A DNA stretch of 22,216 nt, taken from NCBI GenBank assembly GCA_051532035.1, contig JAOPTW010000068.1, forward strand, positions 1 to 22,216, in the 5' to 3' direction. A program made the position numbers and the translations under genes. Shown here one piece after another: positions 16,001-22,216 of this stretch. The DNA comes from Fibrobacterales bacterium. Its GTDB lineage: Bacteria; Fibrobacterota; Fibrobacteria; Fibrobacterales; JAOPTW01. Position 1 is the first letter of the stretch. Each line of letters opens with the position of its first letter. The notes under the pieces are model-generated. The model saw nothing but the letters and a program-made list of their open reading frames with translations, made no database searches and was not told where the DNA came from.

Positions 16001-17275
16001 ATGAACAAGCAGAGAGTCATTCTGCGTGAAAGCCATATTGGCCAAATTGCCTTCACTGATATAGAGACGGCAAATGGTTTTACCGTTATTCGCCGTGGTG
16101 GTATCATTACACAAAACCTCATTACTGCTTTAAGAAAACGCCACAACCCTACACTTTTTTTTTCATCAACAACACCTCAGTCCATAAACGATTCTCATAT
16201 AAAAGGGCACAACGAGTGGGTTAAGTTCTCCAATCAATCACCAATCAATACCCCAATCACACAATCAATCATACCCAATCCCCCACTAACGCACTCAGGT
16301 GTGCCTTTTTATACATTCCTTAAACAACTCCATCCCAAAAACCGTACTCGGAGTTACAAAAGACGGATACACCAATTACATAATAAGCTTACCGCAGAAG
16401 TAGAAACCCTCTTTATTAATGCTGTTGGCCCAATGAAGCCCTCTTATGCAACCATTGGATCAATTATTGAAGATATTCTTTCGGTTATGAGTGAAGATAA
16501 AAATATACTTATAAACCTTTGTCTCAAAAATGATTCACTTGATTACCTCTATGCACACGCACTTAATGTGACCATTATCGCTCTTAATATTGCTATAGCA
16601 AAAGGATACAATCGTGAAGACCTCATAGAAATTGGCACGGCAGCACTGCTTCACGACATAGGTATGCTCTATACCGACAAAGCCATCAGAACTGAACGAG
16701 ATGAGCTCAAACACGATGATACCTTTGAAATAAAGAGTCACCCTACCATTTCTGCTAACATTCTCGATACTATAAGAGGTGTGCCCCCGACAATCCAACT
16801 CGTCGCTATGCAGGTACATGAACGTGAAAATGGTATGGGATACCCTAAGGCTCTAAAAGGGCACTGCATTCATAGATACGCAAAAATTATTGCTGTAGCT
16901 GACGTCTATGTAGCCCTTATTAACGACCGGCCCTACCGGCAGGCAATCCGGCCATTTCATGCCGTCAGAGAGCTTATATCAATGATGAATCGCGGTTTTT
17001 TAGAGAAAGAGTCTGTAAAGTATCTCATCAACTACATTTCACTCTTCCCTATTGGTTCAGTTGTTGAACTGAGTAATAAGAGACTCGCCAAAGTCATTGC
17101 AGTTCATCAAGGGATAATTGACCAGCCAGAAGTCTCAATCATTACTAATGAACAGGGTGACCTCCTCAGGGAAGACCAAGTGACTCAGACACAGCTTTCA
17201 GAAAGGTCCACACTGTCAATTATAGGCACTCGAAATGCGCTCTCTGATTTACCCGATATTATGTTTGGTTTTTAG
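16001..17275 (+). CDS. HD-GYP domain protein (cyclic dinucleotide phosphodiesterase family)
   Basis: YLYAHALNV, ALLHDIG, HP, HERENGMGYP, IIAVADVY, RPYR and the typical C-terminal FPIGSVVELS extension. ORF 15974..17275; ATG 16001 has an SD-like GGGTGGG and is preferred. Confidence 0.9.
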   Translation: MNKQRVILRESHIGQIAFTDIETANGFTVIRRGGIITQNLITALRKRHNPTLFFSSTTPQSINDSHIKGHNEWVKFSNQSPINTPITQSIIPNPPLTHSGVPFYTFLKQLHPKNRTRSYKRRIHQLHNKLTAEVETLFINAVGPMKPSYATIGSIIEDILSVMSEDKNILINLCLKNDSLDYLYAHALNVTIIALNIAIAKGYNREDLIEIGTAALLHDIGMLYTDKAIRTERDELKHDDTFEIKSHPTISANILDTIRGVPPTIQLVAMQVHERENGMGYPKALKGHCIHRYAKIIAVADVYVALINDRPYRQAIRPFHAVRELISMMNRGFLEKESVKYLINYISLFPIGSVVELSNKRLAKVIAVHQGIIDQPEVSIITNEQGDLLREDQVTQTQLSERSTLSIIGTRNALSDLPDIMFGF

Positions 17276-17282
17276 CGTATCA

Positions 17283-17323
17283 AGCACCCTCACCGACTCT
17301 TCATAGAGCCGGAGGGGTTTGCT
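17283..17323. terminator. Hairpin between convergent genes (possible terminator)
   Basis: CCGACTCT-TCAT-AGAGCCGG core (fully paired with one G-U on the minus-strand transcript) flanked by CCCT/AGGG; short U-tracts only. Confidence 0.5.
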
Positions 17324-17339
17324 GTATACAAAAGGCTAT

Positions 17340-17651
17340 CTAATAGTTTTCTATGGCATTAATATAGACAGGCTCTGGTTGCAGACCTCTGAACTGGGAA
17401 ACAATTTCACCATCTTTAAAGATCACTGCAGTAGGAAAGGTATCGATATTATACTTCCGTGTAATCTTCGCATTTTCATCACTATTGAGGAAAAAGACAT
17501 CTGCCTTATTTTTTAACGATTTCGCAACCTGTTCAATCACCGGCTTACTCGCCTTAGAGAGGTCATCCCATACCGACCAAAAATGAACCAAAACTGGTTT
17601 CTTTGATTTTAATACATGTTTCTTAAAAGTTTTTTCAGTAGTGTGAGCCAT
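17340..17651 (-). CDS. Thioredoxin-fold protein lacking cysteines
   Basis: FKKHVLKSKKPVLVHFWSVW-DDLS-K...PVIEQVA...DEN...KYNIDTFPTAVIFKDGEIV follows TrxA over its full length; strong SD GGAGG. Confidence 0.88.
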   Translation of the reverse strand: MAHTTEKTFKKHVLKSKKPVLVHFWSVWDDLSKASKPVIEQVAKSLKNKADVFFLNSDENAKITRKYNIDTFPTAVIFKDGEIVSQFRGLQPEPVYINAIENY

Positions 17652-17797
17652 ATATCCTCCATTGTAGGTGTAAGATTATGCAAAAGTTGCACTCTTTAAT
17701 ATAAAGAGATCTGAATAGCCTGGGGAGAAAAATAAGATGGATTTTAACTATTTTACATTTTTATGACACTTTTATTTGAGCTTTTTAAAAGAGGTAT

Positions 17798-17825
17798 AAA
17801 AAAAGCCGTCAGATACTGACGGCTT
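17798..17825 (-). terminator. Rho-independent terminator of the tRNA
   Basis: Minus strand AAGCCGTCAG-TAT-CTGACGGCTT followed by a T run. Confidence 0.9.
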
Positions 17826-17826
17826 A

Positions 17827-17900
17827 TGGGCCCACAAAGACTTGAACTTTGGACCACTCGATTATGAGTCGAGGGCTCTAACCAACTGAGCTATAGGCCC
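17827..17900 (-). tRNA. tRNA with CAT anticodon, most likely tRNA-Ile2 (lysidine-modified); CCA not encoded
   Basis: GGGCCTA/TGGGCCC acceptor stem, GCTC-AGTTGGTTA-GAGC D arm, CTCGA-CTCATAA-TCGAG anticodon arm, CAAAG-TTCAAGT-CTTTG T arm, discriminator A. It lacks initiator features (no C1 mismatch, no three G-C pairs in the anticodon stem) and resembles ileX-type tRNAs. The tRNA call is certain; Ile2 versus Met is less so. Confidence 0.93.
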
Positions 17901-17928
17901 CATAACTTTTCCGTAGAAAAGCTCAGCT

Positions 17929-17957
17929 AATATACGTATTAGTTCATGAGAGGTCAA
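17929..17957 (-). promoter_or_regulatory. Sigma70 promoter of the tRNA
   Basis: Minus strand TTGACC (17957-17952), 17 nt, TATATT (17934-17929). Confidence 0.75.
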
Positions 17958-18092
17958 GATAATCGGTACCATATAGTGTCGGTTTATGTAAAATTATAGA
18001 CAATAAACCCTAATTATCATGAATAATTGTCACTATTCAACTATATTCTAAATACTCAAAATAGAAATTCTAAAATTCATAAAGGATAAGGC

Positions 18093-19073
18093 ATGAAAGT
18101 ATCACTCATACTCACCCTTGCTGTGACCTCATTACTCATTATCACTGGCTGTAAAAGTAAACGAGAAAAAATCGGTGACGGGCACCTCGAACAGGGCAAC
18201 TATAAAGTAGCTGTTCAAATGTACCTCAACGCAGAAGAGAAAGGAGAGGTATCGGAAGACTTCCCCGCCAATCTTTCACTTGCTCTTACTGGCCTAATGG
18301 AAGAGATCGCACTCCGTGACCCGCTTTCTAATGCAATTTCAAACTATACCGACGAAATCCCGAAATACCTCTCTAAAGTCAAAGACCCTACCATCATTGG
18401 TAAATATGGCGTTACCATTGCTAAAATCACGAAATTACGTGTAAAAGAGGGGCAATTCATCCCTGTTTTACAAGGATTTCAAGCAATTACAAAAGCAAAA
18501 GGGCTTCTTGAAGCGCTCAATGCTACACACTCTGAATTTACCAACATCGTTGAAGAAGCTGAAAAGCTCTACACCGATGGTGTTATCAAGACGGCCAAAA
18601 GCGAGTCAGACTATGTCCGTGCAGAGTATTTTTTACTCGAAGCAGAGACTGTTCTTCCTGCGAACACTGACATTAAAGAGGTACTCAATAGAGTACGCCT
18701 TAAAAACCGTAGTAACTTCCTCATCTTTTCAGAGGATGTCAATGGTATTACTCCAAGTCCTCTTGTAGATCGTAATGCCTTTGTTATGGCCTTCCCTCGG
18801 TTAACCGTCGGTTCAAAGTCTGCATCAGGTGAGCTTCAATTATGGAACACATCAGGAAACAACCAGAGCTTTAAAGCAAGTGATTTCAAATTGATCTCTA
18901 CAGAAGGCAAAAGCGTTCCAGGCAAACGCGTTCGCGGGTCGTGTGAAAAGGTAAATAATGAGAATGATTGTGCTGTAGTCATTAAATGGCGTTATGAGAA
19001 TGGCTTTACCCCAGACTATGTTTTAGCAAAGAAAGATAATGCAGAAGGTCGTAAATATTTAGGCGTGAAGTAA
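18093..19073 (+). CDS. Hypothetical lipoprotein (helical TPR-like N-terminal part, beta-rich C-terminal domain)
   Basis: Lipobox MKVSLILTLAVTSLLIITG-C; GDGHLEQGNYKVAVQMYLNA is TPR-like; Ig/DUF4352-like C-terminus (LQLWNTSG...ASDFKLISTEGK) with two Cys; SD AAGGA. Confidence 0.8.
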   Translation: MKVSLILTLAVTSLLIITGCKSKREKIGDGHLEQGNYKVAVQMYLNAEEKGEVSEDFPANLSLALTGLMEEIALRDPLSNAISNYTDEIPKYLSKVKDPTIIGKYGVTIAKITKLRVKEGQFIPVLQGFQAITKAKGLLEALNATHSEFTNIVEEAEKLYTDGVIKTAKSESDYVRAEYFLLEAETVLPANTDIKEVLNRVRLKNRSNFLIFSEDVNGITPSPLVDRNAFVMAFPRLTVGSKSASGELQLWNTSGNNQSFKASDFKLISTEGKSVPGKRVRGSCEKVNNENDCAVVIKWRYENGFTPDYVLAKKDNAEGRKYLGVK

Positions 19074-19101
19074 TCCTCTACACCTACAACACCTTAATAT
19101 C

Positions 19102-19137
19102 AAAAGAGCCAGTGAAGTAATACTTCCTGGCTCTTTT
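19102..19137. terminator. Bidirectional Rho-independent terminator
   Basis: AAAAGAGCCAG-t-GAAGTA-a-TACTTC-CTGGCTCTTTT between convergent genes. Confidence 0.88.
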
Positions 19138-19164
19138 ATTATCTGTACCTATCAGGATCGGTTA

Positions 19165-20199
19165 CTATTTAGTAGCATACTTCTTTCGATTCGCTGCAGC
19201 GACATCTTTATAGCGATTATGCTGCTTTAATGACCCAGAGAAAAAATGTTCCATTGATCCATTATCCTTTGCCACAAAATAGAGGTCTCGATTCTCCTGA
19301 GGGAAAAGTGCAGCCTTAAGAGCTTCCTTCCCTGGATTTGATACAGCATGGGGCATTAAACCCGTATTTTTTCGTGTATTAAATGGGCTATTTGATCTCA
19401 ATTGACTCCTATAAATAGGGCCCGTAAGATTTCTAAAAATATAGCGCACTGTGGGATCTGCTCCAAGAGGCATCCCTCTTTTTAATCGGTTATAAAAGAC
19501 TCCAGCAATACGACCACGTTCGGCAGACACCCCAGCCTCTTCTTCAACAACTGATGCAAAGGTAACAACACCATTTGTGCCATACTTTTTAAAGAGCTCT
19601 GACTTCTCTGGTTCTAATGTTTTAAACACTCTATTAAATTGAGCAACCATGATCCGTATCACCTCTTTCTCAGTGACACCATACGGGAACTGATAGGTAT
19701 CGGGATAAAGGTAGCCTTCAACTGATTTCGATTGTATCCCCAGTTCCTTTGCAAACTGAGCATCATAAACCGCAGTCTCAAATCGGGCGCTGTCAATTTG
19801 CGGCATTTTACTCGTTAGAATTGTAGAAATCTCCCAACTCACTCGCCCCTCAGGTATGGTCACTTTAACCGTTGCGGTCTTTCCTTGAACTAATAACGCT
19901 GCAATCTCCATAATAGTTGCATTGCTCGGTATAGCATACACTCCCGACTTATAGCGCGTCCCTAAACCACTATACCGTGAATAGAGCTTAAAATCGAAGG
20001 TATCAGCAATAAGCTTATTACTTTTAAGGAGCGCCCCAATTTGCCCCACCCCACTTCCTCTTTTCACCTGAATGATAAGAGGCTCTATAGAATCAGAGTG
20101 CCGCACGCTCCACTGGGATTGATAATGATTAAACACAACTGCAAGGGCAACAAGTCCAACAGCTAAAATAATGGCGAGAGTAATGATCACTTTTTTCAT
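19165..20199 (-). CDS. mltG: Endolytic transglycosylase MltG (YceG family)
   Basis: N-terminal TM, KVTIPEG, EGYLYPDTY, ASVVEEE (catalytic Glu region), AGVFYNRL, DPTVRY, SPFNT, NPG, LYFVA, HFFS. Confidence 0.95.
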   Translation of the reverse strand: MKKVIITLAIILAVGLVALAVVFNHYQSQWSVRHSDSIEPLIIQVKRGSGVGQIGALLKSNKLIADTFDFKLYSRYSGLGTRYKSGVYAIPSNATIMEIAALLVQGKTATVKVTIPEGRVSWEISTILTSKMPQIDSARFETAVYDAQFAKELGIQSKSVEGYLYPDTYQFPYGVTEKEVIRIMVAQFNRVFKTLEPEKSELFKKYGTNGVVTFASVVEEEAGVSAERGRIAGVFYNRLKRGMPLGADPTVRYIFRNLTGPIYRSQLRSNSPFNTRKNTGLMPHAVSNPGKEALKAALFPQENRDLYFVAKDNGSMEHFFSGSLKQHNRYKDVAAANRKKYATK

Positions 20200-20382
20200 G
20201 CCAAAAAAAGTAACAAGTTTTATCTACAATAGGTCAAATCCCCTCGTTAGAACTTCAAATTTTAGTCAATTTTTCAGACCACTCATTATCCCCTGAAAAT
20301 GTAAAGATTTAGCAAAAAGCCTTGTTTTATCGATTTTAAAGAATATATTATAACGGCACTGCCGCAGAACCATAGGAAATAC

Positions 20383-20814
20383 ATGAGAAGTCTGGTCCTT
20401 ATACTTGCTATCATACTCATAGCTACACCTGTTTTTTCAAAAACAGTCGCCTCAAAAGATGGCGACCTTATGCTCACCCGCAATCCTGGTGGGGGAGGTG
20501 ACGTATGTACTGCTCTTGCAAATGAAAGTATGGTTCTCCTTAAAAAAAATGACAATTATGTATTGGTAAAAGCCGATTGTGGACAAGGATGGGTAGATAA
20601 AAAAGCTATCGTCTTTGAAAAACTCACTGGTGACAAATCAATGAATTTTGACCAAGTAGACATTATGGGTTGGCTCGACAATCCATCAGCGATATTCGTA
20701 CTCGATGATAAATCTGAAGAGACTGAAGGCGTTGACCTTAATCGCAACTTTAAAGAGTATATGAAGCATACCATGGACCGTGAACAAGTTGAGATGAAAA
20801 ACCAAGACAACTAA
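20383..20814 (+). CDS. Small exported protein: SH3b-like domain plus acidic C-terminal motif resembling CglF/GltF
   Basis: Signal peptide MRSLVLILAIILIATPVFS; LMLTRNPG...LLKKNDNYVLVK...GQGWVDKKAI fits the SH3b pattern; C-terminal FDQVDIMGWLDNPSAIFVL...RNF; SD AGGA. Confidence 0.7.
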   Translation: MRSLVLILAIILIATPVFSKTVASKDGDLMLTRNPGGGGDVCTALANESMVLLKKNDNYVLVKADCGQGWVDKKAIVFEKLTGDKSMNFDQVDIMGWLDNPSAIFVLDDKSEETEGVDLNRNFKEYMKHTMDREQVEMKNQDN

Positions 20815-20841
20815 TCACCTCAATAGAGTTACACAAGCTTT

Positions 20842-20874
20842 AAGCCCAAAGAGAACACCTCTTCGGGCTTTTTT
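20842..20874 (+). terminator. Rho-independent terminator
   Basis: AAGCCC-a-AAGAG-AACAC-CTCTT-c-GGGCTT followed by TTTT. Confidence 0.85.
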
Positions 20875-21023
20875 GTGCCTTCACCTCAGTATTCCACCCC
20901 CTTTTAGTTAGGTTGTAATAATTTTCTCAAAAACCACTAAAATGCGAGTCTTCGCATAAATGCATATAGTTTTTTATATATTTCCCACAATAACACAAAC
21001 AAATTCTATGAATGAGGAACTCA

Positions 21024-22196
21024 ATGTCAAATTATTTTTTCACATCTGAATCCGTATCAATGGGCCACCCAGACAAAATGGCTGACCAAATCTCTGATGC
21101 AGTACTTGATGCAATGCTCGAGCAAGACCCTAAAAGCCGAGTTGCCTGCGAAACAATGATCACTACTGGTATGGTTGTACTTGCAGGTGAAGTCACTACC
21201 ACTGCTGAAGTTGACTTTCAAGATATCGTTCGCAGTACCATAAAAAAAATTGGGTATGACGATTCTAACAAAGGTTTCGATTACAAAACATGTGCAGTAC
21301 TCGTATCACTCGACAAACAGTCTCCTGACATAGCACAAGGCGTAACAACTGGTGAAGGCCTCCACAAAGAGCAAGGTGCTGGTGACCAAGGTATCATGTT
21401 TGGCTATGCGTGTGACGAAACACCAGAGCTTATGCCCCTTCCTATTGCACTTTCTCACAAACTTGTTGCAGCACATGCAAAACTTAAAAACACTAAACTT
21501 AAATTTCTCCGTCCTGACGCGAAATCACAAGTTACCGTTGAATATGACCAAAATGATAAACCAGTACGCGTAGACTGTGTTGTTTTTTCTACTCAACATG
21601 ATGAGAAAGTAAAATACTCACAACTCAAAAAAGACGTTATTGAGCACATCATAAAGAAAAACATCCCTGCAAAACTTATTGATAGCAAAACAAAATTTCT
21701 TATTAACCCAACAGGGAAATTCATCATTGGTGGACCTCAAGGTGACTGTGGCTTAACAGGTCGTAAAATTATCGTAGATACCTACGGTGGAATGGGTCGT
21801 CATGGTGGCGGTGCTTTCTCTGGTAAAGACCCATCTAAAGTTGACCGTTCTGCTGCATACGCTGCACGATACGTTGCAAAAAACATTGTAAAAGCGGGCA
21901 TTGCAAAAAAATGTGAAGTACAACTTTCATACGCAATTGGCTACCCAGCCCCAACGTCAATACACGTAAATACTTTTAGCACATCTAAACTTACTGATGA
22001 TCAGGTTTCTTCACTTATAGAAGCGCACTTTGACCTTACACCAGCAGGTATTGTTAAGTCTCTTGACCTCCTTAAACCACGCTACACCAAAACTGCAGCA
22101 CATGGCCACTTTGGAAGAAAAGAAAAAGAATTCACTTGGGAAGTAACTGACAAAGCTGAAGCGCTCAAAAAAGCCGCAGCAAAACTAGGAGCATAG
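21024..22196 (+). CDS. metK: S-adenosylmethionine synthetase
   Basis: [84 protein letters not shown] 21024 has SD GAGGA (21014-21018). Confidence 0.99.
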   Translation: MSNYFFTSESVSMGHPDKMADQISDAVLDAMLEQDPKSRVACETMITTGMVVLAGEVTTTAEVDFQDIVRSTIKKIGYDDSNKGFDYKTCAVLVSLDKQSPDIAQGVTTGEGLHKEQGAGDQGIMFGYACDETPELMPLPIALSHKLVAAHAKLKNTKLKFLRPDAKSQVTVEYDQNDKPVRVDCVVFSTQHDEKVKYSQLKKDVIEHIIKKNIPAKLIDSKTKFLINPTGKFIIGGPQGDCGLTGRKIIVDTYGGMGRHGGGAFSGKDPSKVDRSAAYAARYVAKNIVKAGIAKKCEVQLSYAIGYPAPTSIHVNTFSTSKLTDDQVSSLIEAHFDLTPAGIVKSLDLLKPRYTKTAAHGHFGRKEKEFTWEVTDKAEALKKAAAKLGA

Positions 22197-22200
22197 TAGT

Positions 22201-22216
22201 ATGAGTACAATCGATT
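22201..22216 (+). CDS. Start of next ORF (MSTID...), product not assignable
   Basis: ATG 4 nt after the metK stop with SD AGGAG (22187-22191); runs off the window. ahcY would be a common neighbour, but five residues cannot establish that. Confidence 0.5.

Noticed and set aside
17556..17570. Selenocysteine or frameshift hiding the thioredoxin CxxC
   Set aside because: The codons are TGG GAT GAC CTC TCT, with no in-frame TGA and a continuous Trx-like frame on both sides.
10416..17826. Genomic island integrated at the tRNA 3' end
   Set aside because: No integrase, no duplicated tRNA 3' end found by eye, and the native terminator directly abuts the tRNA.
18011..18028. Fur/PerR-like near-palindrome TAATTATCATGAATAATT upstream of the lipoprotein
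   Set aside because: Imperfect symmetry in very AT-rich DNA; only a half-site match.
20875..21023. SAM riboswitch before metK
   Set aside because: No SAM-I core or expression-platform terminator is recognisable; the hairpin at 20842-20874 is explained as the upstream gene's terminator.
1248..21573. Numerous 60-165 aa alternative-frame or antisense ORFs in the track (e.g. 4034-4465, 15274-15765, 20286-20555)
   Set aside because: They overlap well-supported genes and show no recognisable motifs; they look like shadow ORFs.
1..22216. CRISPR array, IS element, prophage or defence locus
   Set aside because: No regularly spaced repeats and no transposase, integrase, phage or defence motifs seen; the WYL-like domain alone is not evidence of a defence island.

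Overview
Chromosomal bacterial window, AT-rich, from a diderm LPS-making organism that is probably flagellated. Fibrobacterota is my guess from sequence style and is not proven. In order: 3' tip of a probable flagellin plus terminator; a Helicase_C_3(XPB-N)-like/WYL-like protein; dnaE; a tightly coupled mutL-hypothetical-waaA-ispH run; a signalling block (Crp/Fnr-like protein, exported ankyrin protein, Hpt / hybrid kinase / single-domain receiver operon, divergent HD-GYP gene with a sigma28-like promoter); a cysteine-free thioredoxin-fold protein; tRNA(CAT), probably Ile2; a lipoprotein; mltG; a small exported SH3b-like protein; metK; and the start of a next ORF. I found no mobile element, prophage or CRISPR array. 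Best leads: (1) an SH3b-like protein whose C-terminus resembles myxobacterial CglF/GltF, divergent from mltG; (2) adjacent DnaE and MutL that both have degenerate nuclease metal sites, downstream of a helicase-associated/WYL-like gene, with an IHF consensus and tandem NrdR-box-like repeats between them; (3) a split phosphorelay facing a sigma28-type, motif-degenerate HD-GYP gene; (4) a Cys-less thioredoxin. All family calls come from reading motifs by eye, not from database searches.
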